Positions 15,027-30,500 of a DNA stretch of 64,000 nt are shown here, in pieces (positions within the stretch are counted from its first letter, which is position 1; every line of letters starts with the position of its first letter). Source of the DNA: Lama guanicoe (taxonomy: Eukaryota); contig MU054204.1 in NCBI GenBank assembly GCA_013239625.1, forward strand, positions 805,537 to 869,536, in the 5' to 3' direction. The position numbers and the translations under genes are program-made. The notes beneath the pieces were generated by a model, which made no database searches, had not been told where the DNA came from, and was given only the letters and a program-made list of their open reading frames with translations.

Positions 15027-17747
15027 CTAGGGAGAAATAAGAAAACGTTGAGACATTCTACACACACCCTTGATTTTTCATCTCCAAATACATAATAGAG
15101 TAAAGAAACACAAAGACACACCTATTCATTGGGAATAGAGACCACTGTAGAGTTATTTCTCAAATCATCTTTGGCTGAACCAACGCCACCAAGAACTTGG
15201 AGGTCTACGGAACCTTGTCTTACTGAACCCCACCTATATCTACAGTATCGCAATGCTTGCAAGTACCTTGTTCAGGACTTCCCTAGTCAGCTGCTATCTC
15301 TTATAGCATCAATCTGCTTTGCTTATTGCAGTAGATTCTTTCTGGCCTGGACATCAGACATTCCAAAGATGGTCTCTTGACTCACAGCAAATAGTTTTGA
15401 TTGTTTTTCCAAGAATAAACAAACCTGGGCTTATTTGAGTGGTGAAAGTACAATTTGAGGTTTACTACCACAGGGCTGGGCAAATTCCAAGACTTGATAC
15501 CACAAACCCCTCGCTGTACAGTGATCACAGATGCTCAGCCATATCACCGATGATCTCTTTCATTTTCAAAAACCTGCTGGAAACATCTGCGGCTACCAAC
15601 AGGTGCAGAAACTTTTACCTTTTGGGCCCTAGCCTTGTCAATTTAACCCTCAAGTGCCCACATTTCAAAACTAAGCATTCTGACAGCTTTGTCTTTGGTA
15701 CGCCCCTTCCCTGTACCTCTATTTCTTATCTTTGAAGCTATAATTTAGCTACCTCATCTTCATCTACAACAACATCACAAGTAATAAATTATTATAACAT
15801 TTTAAAAGAAGTTTAAAAAGTCATTATGACCTATGACTTTACATTTCCAATTTAAGGACTGAAAGTAGATGAGGTGACACTTTTCCCTGTGACAGTGTTT
15901 CCATTTAGATGATGAATAGTTAATGCTAAAAAAAGAAAACACTCCTTTGAGCATTTGATAAACACATTTCAACTGATTTTGAATTATTATTAGTTGATAT
16001 AATGTGTCTCAGATGCAATCACTTTGACATAATGGGAAATGTGCCCTTGTCACAGCACAGGTGGCTGTCCCAATCTGGGTAACATGTTGAATAAGAAAAT
16101 TATGACAAACTGAACTCTGACTTGTGGACAGCAAAAATCCTGAAGCCATAAGATTTTCTATTTTAAAGGCTGCCTCATGAATTGATATAATAGAAAGAAT
16201 ATGCAAACAACAAGTTTACTATACAGCACAGGGAACTACATTCAACATCTTATAGTAATCTATACTGGAAAAGAATATGAAAAAGGAATATATGTATGTA
16301 TACATAAGACTGAAACATTATGCTGTATACCAGAAATTGATGCAGCGTTGTAAACTGACTATACCTCAATTTAATTAAAAAATTTTTTATAAAAGGGAAA
16401 AAAGGAATATGTGCGTATGTTCCCAAAGAGCAGAAATCTTACAAAAACCGGAATGTTTTATAGAGGTCACCTTTTTGAGATGGTAGAAAACTCAGAGGGA
16501 TTATCACAAATCCAAGGATGACAAAGGCATTTCTCAAAACCTGTACCTGGGACAACCTGATCAGGTGGTCGTGAAAAAGCCAGTCAGGAGCCGGGAAAGG
16601 AAGGAAAAGTGATCAGAAGCTGATGGCTCAGAAGATTCCCTCAGGTCTGAGAGGAGGAAATCATAGACTCAGGAGAGAATGGAGTCAACTGAAAAATTAA
16701 ACTTTACACTTGGACTCAAAGGAGAAATAGTACGAAAGAAAATGATAATAATACCTACTGTTGGCTGAAGCAAGGTTTCCCAAGAGGATCACCTACTGAA
16801 TCAGGATGACTGAGGCTAAGACCCTACTGTTCTAAGCTCTCTATCTGCTCCTAGAAACTGTGATTCCCTTAGTTAAATAATACACAGCAACAAGGTTAAA
16901 GGCAAATGACCAGACTGCTCTGAGAAGTTTTCCCAGTCCTTTGAAAAGAGAAAAGTAGAGAGATTCTCTTGTCATATTCAAAAAGAAATTGGGCCCCTTA
17001 AGCCACAAGTACCATCTATTACCTATTAAATTCAATTAACATCATTAATTTGAATTTGATTGGTCTTGCCATTTGGTTGGAGTTGGATATGTAAATTTGC
17101 TTTTGGTTTTATGGTTGTACAAGAGCTGTAATCACCAGTTCATCCTGCAAGCTTTAGTAAACACTAGCGCTCTGAGATTTTTTTTCCTTTTATTCTTTTA
17201 AAAAGAGCCCATTTACCTTTCTTAGTTCTAAACGCCCAGCTTTGAGGAAAACCATAAAAGAGAGATGAGATGGGGAAGGAAGATCTTTGAAATTTATTTT
17301 GGTCCCTCCCACCAACTTGGTTTTCACCTCTCTGCATGGGTATTTATACCCAAGGATCCTTTCCAACCACTTATTAGAGAAAAATACATCATCATTAAAT
17401 ACAAATTCTTTTTAAAATCATATACAGTGGGTAGGGTATAGCTCAGTGGTAAACTTCGTGCCTAGCAAGCATGAGGTCCTGGGTTCGATCCCCAGTACCT
17501 CCGTTAAAAATAAATAAGTAAACCTAATTACTCCTGCCCCCTCCAAAAGTAGTAGACAATAAAAAAAACTTTTAAAAAGTTTTAAAAATTATATACAGGA
17601 TGCCTTAAAAATAAAAATAAATTTAAAATAAAACCCTACATTGCCAACAGAAAACAAAGTCAGCCACATCCAGGGCTGAGGCAAAGAATACATAGAAAGA
17701 ATGGGTATCATCAACTTTTTCTCCTAATGTTGCTAACACTCACATCA

Positions 17748-17945
<198 letters not shown>

Positions 17946-20244
17946 TCAGACACTCTGGATATGTTTAGTACCTCCTTTCTGAGCACTAAGAGGCAGGCCT
18001 ACAAACTATCATGTGACTACAGTGAGGGTATGCTGATAAAAGCCAAATAGGAACCTGATAGGAACCTAATAGGAACATCCGCCACAGGCAGAGGTTTCTG
18101 TGGTTTAGGCACAAAATGATGAGCATCTCAAGGCACTGTGAATGTGAAGGGACAAATGAGAATGATAGTACAAGGGAAAGTTGACAAGAGTTTGAAGTGC
18201 AGTGGGAAAGGATTTATGAAACAAAAGACAGGAGCTTGGAGGGGCTTAGGTATTTCAGTTTCTGTTATGAGAGGAAGAAAAAAGGGTCAAAGATCTTTGC
18301 AGATGTATCATGTCAGAAATCATGTACATTTATAAGGCAGTAATTCAATCCAAAGAAGTGGCTTGTTGCCTGAGGGGGGACTCCCAAGAAAGCATGTTGG
18401 TCTCTTCCAGAGTTAAGATGGCTGGAATGTACATATTTCCCTTCAAAAGATGCAAGACTTTGATCCCTGATATAATGGGCTTGTAGAAACATTTAACAAG
18501 TATGTTAAAACTGTCTAAGATTTACAAGAGGAGATTTAAAGACAAGAGCGTGGCTCAGCAATGACATGTCCCTCCCAGCTCCTTCCACTGTAAGAAACAC
18601 ACCCATTTGCCCAATGATCACACTCCTTTACCTACTTCGTTTTTAGCACTTCTATTACAATTACTTATGCAAATGCTTTATCTTCTTTTCTAGATCAGAA
18701 CCTCTTCTTTGGGGGGGGGGAAGTAATTAGGTTTATTTATTTACTTAATTTTAGAGGGCATACTGGGGATTGAACCCAGGACCTCGTGCATGCTAAGCAT
18801 GTGCTCTACCACTTGAGCTATACCCTGCCCCCCAGGACAGAACATCTTTGAGGGTAGCCCTCTATCTGACTCATTATTGCTTCTCCAGTGTCTAGCACTC
18901 AGCTATGACCCAATAAATAGCAGCTGAACTCAAGTTTGTCTGATGAACAGCTGGGACGAGGGAGTAGTCAAACTCAAAAGTTGCCCTGATGCAAGGTTAC
19001 TTGGTATTGCTTAACAAACTTGTACAAAATATTTCCACAATCCTCTGGTGGAACAAGATTCCACTAGTAAACCCAAAGTGGAAACCAGTCTTCAAGAATG
19101 TATGCAAATGCACCCAGAGGAAAAATGCAGAGTAATGCCATCACTGAACTCAACCAGCCAGCGCTCACCTCTGCAGCATCAACTTGGCAGGGACACAGCT
19201 CTTCCCAGGCTGTTGGGTGATGAATCACTCGGCAGAGAAAGCGAAAGCGGGCCTGAGCTGACCCCCTCTCCCCCACCCCCGCCTACATCTCCATCTTCCC
19301 TTTAAACTCCTCACAGATGACTCGAGCACTCTCATTGGGTAAGTCTGAATTAACACCCAAGCTGCACCGGGTTTACAAATTCGAAGTCTTCTGAGTACCT
19401 AAGTCAGAACACCTTTCCCAAGCAACACACACATTTGAAAGAAAAAGCTCTGCAGAATCCAAATCGTAGTAAGGGCGGGGGTGGGGGCAGGGGCGAGGGT
19501 AGAGGCCGAGTGGAGGAAGCGAACAAGTTAATCTTAAAACCCCTAGCCAAAGTTCTTTTCATATCTTCACGTGTACCTGGCTGTAAAATGGTTAGCTGCT
19601 GAATCACCAGCCCAGCATTTCCTATTATGTCAGTTACATACTGATAAAGATGAATGCTGGTGTGTGGTTTGAGAGCTTGGAGGGAAACAGCCAGCTAGGA
19701 AATGAGGGCAGAAAGAGACTAAAGTATGTGGTGGGGGGAGGTGTGGGGGACAGTGTGGGGGAGGGACGAAGCTGTTTCAATTCTCAAGACAAATGCTGAC
19801 ATAAACACAGGACACCAACCAACCAGAAATTTACTTTTTCAGGCAGGTTCACGCTCCAATTGAATTTGCTCTGGTTTAAGTGTGCTCTCTCCAGGCGAAA
19901 TTTTAAAAGGCTTTTTGCGAAACTGATTTGTAAAAGCATTGAACAGTTATCAAATGTCACGCTATGTATCAAATGAGGCCCCCGGCTCCAAGGATATTAA
20001 GACAAAATGAAGATCTGCAACAGCTTTCTAACAGGAGGGGAAAAAATCCTATTACATCACTAGGTAACATGAGCGCTGTATCATCCTTCTTTGTAGATCA
20101 TCTCCTATTATAAACGCAAATTGTCAGGCAACTCGGAAAGAGCAGGCAGTGATTAGAATCCGACAACAGACTGCTTGTGATTCTCCAGATCCCCTTCTCC
20201 CTGGGGTCACACTTCGGTCCTTGGCCAGGCTCAAGTCTGCTTAC

Positions 20245-20420
20245 CTTCAATCACAGCTTTCTTTTTTTCTGCCTCAGGGAAGAAATAACCTTGACAGCCC
20301 GCATTTGGTCATTTAGGTTGAGGAGTTTTTACAGAAGGCGCCCCGGTCTGAACTGCTTTAGAAGGGCACTTGCTGCGTTCTCTGCCTTTCACAGGAACAA
20401 ACGCCACCTAAAGAATCACC
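20245..20420 (-). other. CLCN5: Probable non-coding first exon of the short CLCN5 isoform (5' boundary uncertain)
   Basis: Strong donor GAAG|GTAAGC at 20245/20244, about 2.3 kb upstream of the ATG exon, in a repeat-free and CpG-richer segment. The predicted junction ...gtgattgaag|aggacaag resembles the recalled human 5'UTR. Confidence 0.6.
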
Positions 20421-20600
20421 AGTGTTCCCTGGCGGTCAGAATGTGATGTCACTGTTGGGATCACGTGACCAGACCCTTGGACCAGCCTTGGAGAAAGGAG
20501 GATTTTTAACCGAGCACAGATGCCTTAAAGATGTAGTCTCATCTAAACAAACGCCATCCACCTGGGGGCAATCAGGGCGGTTCAGAAAACCTGGATCCAG
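20420..20600 (-). promoter_or_regulatory. Putative internal CLCN5 promoter with E-box/CLEAR-like, CRE-like and GC-box motifs
   Basis: TCACGTGA at 20461-20468, TGATGTCA at 20444-20451 and GGGCGG at 20575-20580, immediately upstream of the putative first exon. Confidence 0.5.
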
Positions 20601-23600
20601 ACAAGTTTCAGTTTTCAGATCTCATTTAGCAGAAAATCTCAGAAGGCGAAGGAGAAATATCGGAAAGCATTTAGAGTTACAGGGATCCTAAGTTTAAAAA
20701 AAAAGCAGAGGGGGAGGAGAGAGGCAAATATAGAAAGCCTTTTTTAAAAAATACCAAAATGTACTGGATATCAATAACATGGGTAAAATCTCACAAACAA
20801 TGAGCTAAATTTGTGAAATGAGTGAAATGCCAGACACAGTAGAGCACACAAAATTATTCTATTTATCTAAGTTCAAAATCAGGCAAACCTAAATCACATC
20901 ATTTTGGGATACAAATTTAAGGGACTACATTACAAAGAGAAGCAAGAAAATGACCAAAGTAAAGACAGTAGCTAACCAGAGGAGAGAAAGGATGGCGCAC
21001 ATTGTGAGGGTGGGGCTTCTGGAGTGCTGGCAATTTTTCTTGATCTGGGCGGTGGTTACCTGAGCATCCACATTATAATTCTTTAAACTGTAGACACATT
21101 TTTATGTCTATGTACATATCATAGAAAAGAATATGAAAAACTAAGCTGCACGTGAACTTACTATACAAAGTCATTTCTTTAATACCACCTGGTAACTTTG
21201 AAAGCCCAGAATACAACCAAGAAAATGACTTGTTTCTTAGTCATTGTGCTCAACTCAGAAAGCAACATCAAATCTGATCTCATTAACCCAACCTGGGTAA
21301 AATTAGCTATTTCAGCCATGAAAATAAATTCACTACTATACTTGCACTGTATTAAAGGCTTTCCCTTCCCTGGTCTTATTCCAAAGGCTATTTTTAGGCA
21401 GATCTTAATTAATTGTGCAGTAAGGCTAGTCCAGTAAAGAAGAATTCAATTGCCTTCTCTGACTATAACTAACACTGATGTATGATATATAGGAAAGTCA
21501 TCAAGAGAGTAAATCTAAGGTCATCACAAGGAGAAAACTTTTTCCTTTTTTCTTTTCTTCTTTCTTTTCCTTTTATTGTATCAATATAGGAAGATAGATG
21601 TTAGCTGCACCTAGTGTGGTAATCATTTCACAACATACATGAATCAAAGCATTATGCTTTTTCAACTTGTATGGTGAAGTATGTCAATTATCTCTCAATA
21701 AAACTGGAAAAATTGAAGATAAAAAAATTGCCATCTCCAATCTCTCTAAATTAATCCACAGGACAGCCACTGTTAAACATCTAGGGAACTATATTCAGTA
21801 TCTTGTAGTAACCTTCAGTGAAAAAATATAAAAATGAGTTTATGTATGTATATGTATAACTGTAACAAGATGCTGTACACCAGAAATTGACACCACATTG
21901 TAAACTGACTATACTTCAATTTTAAAAAAAATCTAGTCAGTGTGCTCCAATAATCAGACCTTAAATGTAGGTCTTTAAAATGTTGTGATTACTTTAATCA
22001 ATTCTTAAGGCTCAATGCATCCTGAAGTATTAATACAACAAAATCTTATGAAATGTGAAGCACTTCATGGAACCTAGATGCTTTTGGTCTGGTCCATCAT
22101 TACTATAAAATCTCCATCTCTTAATGAACTAATCTAGCATTAAAGAGAATAAAAATGAAGTGGCAACTGATAGCATTGTAAAAAAGACCTAAAAAGCTTA
22201 AAAACCAAAAGCTACTTGTGGGCCACGTGTGATTGTCTTAGACATATATATAAACTGCCAACCTCATAAGCCTCCTTCAGAGTTATTCTTTACTAAATAG
22301 GATTCTACCTGTAGTATCTGAAGACCACTACAGAATCGTTACTTTAATAAAACTTACATTATCTTATTAGATTATTTTATACTATAAGATACTATCTTTT
22401 TTGGTACTTAAAAATGTATAGTTTGATGGAGAGGGTATAAGCTCAGTGGTAGAGCACGTGCTTAGCATGTAGGAGGTCCTGGGTTCAATCTCCAGTACAT
22501 AGTTTGAGCTGTGGGTCTTATTCCACATCCAGTTGGTTTCTTTTCTTAGCATTTTTTTTTCTTTACTTAGTAGAAAGAAATATGAAATTCATAAAACTTC
22601 ATTGTCTTAAGAATGGCACCAGAGATTATCCCATTCAGGACCAACTACTGAGGTACAAAAAAGGTAATAAAATGCAAAAGGCTTTTCAAAACATAGTGTT
22701 TTAGAGTTAAGCTTCATATCTTGAAATAACCTTTAATGAAAAAGAATATGAAAACGAATATATGTATATATATGTATGACTGGGACATTATGCTGTACAC
22801 CAGAAATTGACACATTGCAACTGACTATCGTTCAATGAAAAAAAAAAAGTTATTAAGCTTCTAGTGTGTAAATACTCTGCCAAAGAAGGAAGTGTAAAAA
22901 TTAAACAATGACTCTAATTATCAGATTGGGGTGCTTAGGCAAGTCGTCTCAATTTTTGCCTCTATACCAAAAAAAATAAAAGTAAAAATTAAGTTTCAAA
23001 GACATAGTGTGCCTTAAGTTATACATAAAATAATTTAATGTTCTAATGAGAAAATGATTCAGGTTAAAGTACAATTAGATCTCAAACGTTATAAAAGGCC
23101 CCAAAAGGCTAACCTGCATTGCTTAAGTCTGGGAAAAATGCACAGAAAACTAGTCAGAAAAAAAGTCAACATTGAAACAGCTTTCTTTCCTGGTAAGGTT
23201 ATACTTAAGGTCTAAAAACTTAACTAATGGGTTTTAAAAGCACACTGCTTAAATGAGGAGGCATATAAATGAATGTATTTAGCTCATTTTCCTTTATGGA
23301 AACCACTTTCTATTTTTTTCCCTAAAAATCACATGATGCTTAAAACTAGAAAACTCCAGGAAATATAAGAAAAGACATTCTAGTGTGAGAATAATGTTTA
23401 TTTCAATCTCTAACCAATATGCCATTAGAAATTTACCCAGGGGGCTGAACAGTAACTGATTAAGTGATTTAGTTAAACACTAACTAAACCAGAAGGGGAA
23501 AGAGTATAGAAAGAAACCTCGTGCACCCTAAGTACTGCTTTAGCAATATCACAGCTGCATGAGGGCTCACTAATTGGCAGTAGCCTCAAGAAAGAAATAA

Positions 23601-26600
23601 GCACTCAAAGAAATGGGGTAAGGCTATTGGTATGTATCATGGGACTTAAATAGTCCTGTTTTTAAAACATATTTCAGTTTTTACAGGGACATATTGCATT
23701 TTTGCAAGGCTAGAACCACATTTACAAAAAAGTCAACACTCTACCTAGCACATCAGCAGATATTCATCCTGTGATCATTTAAATTTTACCGTCATCTAAA
23801 GGCAAGTACTAAGAGCCTATTATAAAGTCACTTCTCACTTCCATACCTGCACCTTTTCCCTTCCTGTCTTGGTTCCTCCATTCCAGATCTCCCAATAAGT
23901 CATGAACCTTTTTCACATTCAACTCACCTCTCTGTTTGAGAATATATTACAGTTGAAGTGCCAATAATCAGTCAACATTTTTAGGATGTTTCTATCAACT
24001 TGTGCCTCCAGTTTGCTTCTATTTTGCCTTCTCACTTACCCAAACCCAGAGGCTGAAAAGCAAATGCTGATGAAGTAAGCCCTCCCATCAAAGCCCTGGA
24101 GAGTATCACAGGGTCAAGTTACACTTTAATATACTGTCTTAGTTTGGTCCCTGGACACTTATCCGGGGTGATTATTCCACTGATACACATCTGTAAAGCC
24201 ATATTGGTTGCTACATACTGAAATACCTCTGTAGCTGTACATAAAGAACTATTCTTTCCTGAGGAGTTTCCTCCCCCACAACTGTTCACGAAAAGTTCCT
24301 GAACTTTCCCATGATGCAGCAGCTGGAACATTGAGAGGCTCTGGGACATGACCCAGGGCTCTCTCTGACATCCAATCTGCCAGGTCAGTGCCTGTGTTCT
24401 TTTGAGTGGCACCCCTGCACCCCATTTCATTTAAGGGCTGATTGTTTTGGTTCCTGCTCACAGCACGTTACAATGTGAAGCTAAGAGGCACGAGGGACCA
24501 CAAAGAGCAAACTCTCTGTCCCAATCCTGCTGAGAGGTAAACAATAAAAGAAATGGTGAGAGAGGTGGGTTATGGGACTGCAAAAGCTGCAACAAATCTA
24601 TGATATATACTATTAAAAGTTTGAGGGTTATGGGAAATATACCAGAAGCGGGGGCATGGCAGAAAGGGATAGGGAAAAGGCTTTAGAGCTAAGCATGAAT
24701 CTAGATTCTAATACCACCACCTTCAGACTCCCTGTTTCCCACTGAATACAGCTCTGTCCCCACTAGATGTTGCTTTTATGCCTTCTCTTCCCAGCATCTG
24801 CTCTAATCTGGAAGTTCCCAACCCAACCCACTTAGCAGTGAAGCCAGGGTGCTAATTGCCAGAGTTACCAGCGTTAGGAAAAACAGCATGAAGATTATGG
24901 CTTGGTATCTGCAGGCTCCCACCATACAAAATCAATGGAGAAATGGAAGGAAAGGGGCTGGACTGGACAATGTTGCTGAGAGGGTTGTCCATGTAAAAGA
25001 AAACAGCCCTCTGCTCCATTACTGCCTCTTCATTCCTGCCTTCTCAAAGTTACACAGACATCAGACTGATAAGAGGACTGGGGACTGGGAAATGTCATCG
25101 GTAAGGGGACTCTGCTCTGAAATGTACATTACATACCAGAGTATTGAGAAACCCTTTGGCTAGTACAATCCTGTGGAATAACTGGTACTTATTGTATTGG
25201 AAGCAGCAATTCTCCAGTTCTTCTGTCCTGAGTCTGCACCAGTTTCTCTCTATTAATCTCTAAAAGGAAGTTGGTGACAAGAGGTTAGCAATTATTCTTT
25301 GGCTGGGAAAAAAATTCAAAGGAGGAAACACCAAGTAGGAGATTCTTCTTGGATTCATGGGAATAGTATGGACAGAAAAATGAGTTTAAAACATATATAT
25401 AAAATGTAGGAATTGCTCTTCAAGAAACAATTGTACCTCTGCACACCAGTGTACATATGTTATTCACTGCACCACCAGAAACAATGAAAGAGTCCAGGAA
25501 TTGGGGGAATGCCACAAGGAAAGTAGACTGATATGTACTGAAAGAGAAATATCTCCCAAACATATTATGTGAAAAAATCAAGTTACAAGATAATAAGCAG
25601 AATATGTTTTTTAAATTAAAATGTGTGTCTCTGTCTTAACTGGATAGAAAAAGCATTGAAAGGGTCATATTGAATTATTTTTAAGGGTTATCTCTGGAGT
25701 GGGAAGAAAAGGGGCGACTTTCACATTTCTTATACTTGTATATTGTTTGACTCTAATAGTGAGGTGTTGATAAACAAGAAGGTCCTACTGTATAGCACAG
25801 GGAACTATATTCAATACTTTGTAATAACCTATAATGAAAAAGAATATGGAAAGGAATAATATATATATGTATAACTGGATCACTATGCTATACACCAGAA
25901 GTTAACACAACATTGTAAACTGACTATACTTCACTAAAAGAAAAACAGTGAGGTATATTTACGTGTTATAGAAGTGGTTCTAAAAAAAACAACAATAATA
26001 CAGCTAGAAGAGTGGAGACAGGACATTGCAAAGGGAAGAGTTCCATTCTGGGGGGGCGGGCCACTGGGGGATCTACAAAGAAAACAGGTGACACTTTCTG
26101 GAGAACACCAGGAGAAAAGCACCAAGAGGAAGATAGCTTACTAAATTTTTTAATGAAAGTCAATGGGAAAAAAAGTGTTTGTGATCAGACCCACTGTCTA
26201 GCAGTGAGAAGATATGGATGCTAACCCTAGCTCCATAACTCATGAGTTGTGTCACCTTGGGTAATTGCCTTAATCCCTATGGGTTTCACATTCCCCATCT
26301 GTAAAATGAGGAGGTACAAGCATGTATAGTTTTTAAGGTCCTCTCCAACAGTCATACTTCATCATCTTAGCAATGATTATTTGTGTGTCATTCATACATT
26401 GTGCTGAATGACTTTTGAGAAGACCCTACTTTGAGGAATTCCAAATGGTATTTTGATTGCAGAGTTATGAGATTAGTATTCTGGCAAAATTGTAAAATGG
26501 TACTATCAATCTTTAGAAAAGACTCAGCTGAGCAGTGAAATACAGTACAACCTAGGACCCGATGCTTCTAGCATATGGCTAACTAGTGCTATACCAACAT

Positions 26601-27579
26601 TGCTACAGTATCTCCGCAGTACCTGCTAGCCACAGACCCCAGAAACATCCAGCGTGAACTCCTGAAACATTACAGCAACCCTTTCCTCTACCCCATAACC
26701 CCATAAATGCCATAAATTGGAACAAGGTGAGGTTGCAAATAAGCCACTCAGGATAGACAGTACTGCCAAACAGCCTCTAATTTTTTTCTTCCTTCAAAAG
26801 GGGACCAGCCAGGTTCAATCCCCAGTACCTCCATTAAAAATAAATAAATAAACCTAATTACTCCTCCAAAAAAATAAATTAAAAAAATGTGAAACTTAAA
26901 AAAAAAAAGAGGAGACCAGCCAGAAAGAGAAAGAAAAATACCATATATCATCACTCACATGTGGAATCTTAAAAAAAAAAGAAGACAGAAATGAACTTAT
27001 TTACAAAATAGAAACAGACTCACAGACATAGAAAACAAACTTATGGTTACAAGTGGGAAAGGGGGGTGGGTAGGGATAAATTGGGAATTTGAGATTTGCA
27101 GATGCTAATTACTATATATAAAATAGATAAACAACAAGCTCCTACTGTATAGCACAGAAAACTATATTCATTAAAAACCTATGATGAAAAAGAATATGAA
27201 AACAAATATATGTATGTATATGTATGATTGAAACATGATGCTGTTCACCAGAAATTGACACAACATTGTCAACTGACTATACTTCAATTAAAAAAAAAAA
27301 AAGAAGGGCCCAAAGTGGTTTCACTCATTGGAAAAGAAATAGGGAGCTTCCAGATTCAGCTCTGGCAAGTAAAAGGCTCAGAAGTTGTCACTCTCGTTTG
27401 TACAACAAGACAAGGCTGGACAAACTGAAACATCAGTTAGTTTTCATGGACACCACCCCGCCCCCAGAGAATTAAGGCTACAAAGGACAACCCCTAGATC
27501 TGAAGAGACAGGCTTATCCAAAAAGACACATAGAGATTTGCTTACCTGGGGCAAAAAGCATCGGAACCATAATGGGTAG

Positions 27580-30500
27580 GGTCACTTAAATGGCAACTGT
27601 GATGAATTGCTGAAGGCTGAGCATGGACTTGGGTGAGAATAAAAAACTCCCGAGCCTACGCTTTGGAGGGTTTTAGCTCCAGGAACCCCACCAAGCACTC
27701 CAATTGAAGCGCTGAGAAAGAGCCCCTCCCGGCTCTGGGGAGGAGAGTCAACAAGAGTTATCATTGTGAAATAGGCCAGAACATTCTCTTCAACAAAGGC
27801 CTCTGCTCCAGGGGAAAATATTTGGCCTGAGCCTTATCCCAGCTGGTGGAAGGGAATTCTTCCCTCTCCAGCCCCCACCCCAGCCCTCCAGTCTCACCTA
27901 AGGGGAAAAAAAAAGCAGTCAATAGGGGCTGAGCTTCCAGGAAATGGCCCGAGAATGCTGAGGTCAGGGACTGGACCTGGGACAGTGACAACAGGAAGCC
28001 AAACCACTGGATTAAACCTTGTGAAGGTCACAGCCACAAGACAAGGGTCCAACAGCCACTGTGATTTAATCAGAAGATTATAAAATTACATGTTCCCCTG
28101 TACCATGCCCCCACACCAATAGGGCTCCAAGACACAGAATCTCTCTCAAGGAGTCCTACTTAAGGAAACTCAAAATCAAGAGGGGAGACAAAATCAAAGA
28201 CACTATAGGAATCTCAGCCCTGGCTCCCATAATTACACCAAACATTAAGTACAGCCCAGCTCCTAGCCAATTTAACATAAATCCTAACACAAGGGAATTA
28301 AACTAGAAACCAATAACAGAAAAATAGCTGGAAAATGCCCAAATACCTGGAAATTAAGCAACATACTCCCAAATAACCCATGGGCCAAAGAAGTCTCAAG
28401 ACACATTTTCAAATATCTTCAAGTAAATGAAAGTATAACCTATCAACATTTGTGGGATGCAGCCAAAATAGTGCTTAAAGAGAAATTTATAGTATTCAAT
28501 GTATATATTAGAAAAGAAGACCTAAAATCTAAAGATCTGAACCTCACCAAAGAAGACATACAGATGGCAAATGACAAATGAAAAGATGCTCAGCATCATT
28601 TGTCGTTAAGAGTAATGCAAATTAAAACAATTGTGTGATCCCCCTACACACCTATTAGAACAGTGAAAATCTAAAATACTAACAATACCAATTTCTCACA
28701 ACGCTATGGAGTAACAGGAGCTCTCATTCATTGCTGGTAGGAATACAAAATGGTACAGCCACTTTAGAAGACAGTTTGGCAATTTCTTACAAAACTAAAC
28801 ATAGTCTTACCATATAATCCAGCAATTGCACACCTATATATTTACCCAACTGACCTGAAAACTTACACCCACAGGAAAACTGGCATACAGATGTTTGTAG
28901 CAGCTTTAGGCATAACTGCCAAAAGGTAGAAGAAGCCAAGATGTCCTTCAGCAGGTAGGAGAATGAATAGACAAACTGTGGTATATCCAGACAATGGAAT
29001 ATTATTCAGTGATGAAAAGGAAAAAGGTATCAATCCACACAAAGACATGGAGGTACCTCAAATGCATATTGCTAAGTGAAAGAAGCCACTCTGAAAAGTC
29101 TACATACTGTATGATTCCATTCATAAAGACATTCTGGAAAAGACAAATTTATGAAGATGAAAACAGGCTGGTACTTGGCAGGGACTCAGAGGGAAGGACA
29201 CTGAATAGGTAAGAAATGAGATTTTTCAGGGTGGTGAAACTATCTTTCATGATACTGTAATAGTGGATACATATCACTGTGCATTTGTCAAAATCCATAG
29301 AGCTTTATAGTGGAAAGAGTGGACCTGAATGTATAAAAAATTTTTTTAATTCCAGGATGGAATGCAGAATGGAACAAAAAAATCTAACTATATTGAACAT
29401 TTGTGAAAACATCCTCACTGAAGGAAGCAGAGGAAAAAGATGCTGACCTAAGTGACTGGAAATGAGTGGACTCTATATAAGACCAAAGGCCAAAGGAATT
29501 TTGTACAAGCCCTGTACTCTAGTTGATAAAGTAGTTTCCCAGGGAGGGTATAGGTTAACAATTTGAAACCCCATGCACATATACCGGAAATGAATAATGA
29601 ATGGTGGCTAGTGGGAGCCAGGTTTCTCGCTACCTGGAGGGGAAGGTTACATACAAGCAAGGGGAGGAGGCGAGAATGATCCATGTGGTAATGGATTAGA
29701 ATTAGAGACAGCAGTATGATCTCATGTTTGGCTTAATATAGATACAGATGGTTACATATAGATAATATATCTATTTCTAGATATGGGTATATATGAGACA
29801 GGAGGAAAGGGGGCAGGGCACAATCATTAAAAGAAAGACACAGTAATTAGCACCAAGATGGCAGAAGACTCAACTCCCAGTAGACCGTGGCTTCAGTATA
29901 TGCTCATTGAAGTATGACAGCATGCTAAATGGCACTCCACAGGTGCTATAACAGTTTAAGGATGACCATAAAAGGGCAAAAAGTGGGTGATGGCCCAATT
30001 TCTGGGAATCTAGCCCCTTCCCCAAAGTAGCTGGAATAACCCTCCCACTTGTTAGCATATGAAGTTACCAAACCCATAAAAATGAACAACTTTGCACCCC
30101 ATGATCTGTCTGCCTGTCTCTCTTGCTTTCGGTGACAGCCCACACTGTCTATGGAGTATGTATCGAGTATGTATCTTTCTGAATAAATTTACCTTCACTC
30201 TATGATGGCTCCCTCTTGAATTTTTTCCTGTGTGAAGCAAGGACCCTTACTTGGCAGGGTCCATCCAGGGACTCAACCAAGACCTGGACATGGCCATCCT
30301 CTCACACCCCATTTTTCCTGCATTATATACATGGGTCAGTATACACATAAATTTATATTTCCTTATTGAGATGCCCTAGAAGTAACAAGGCCCCAGTAGA
30401 AAAAAGCAAACCTAGTACCTAGATCTTGGTTTCTAACACCAATCTCCACTGAAATGGCTGATTCTAAGACTAAGGTGAGAAATATATAACATGGGCCTGG

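Noticed and set aside
18047..18075. (a)taggaacct(g/a)a repeated about three times
   Set aside because: Short slippage repeat with no evident function.
19527..19539. HNF1-like site GTTAATCTTAAAA
   Set aside because: Only a half-site match to GTTAATNATTAAC, too weak to call.
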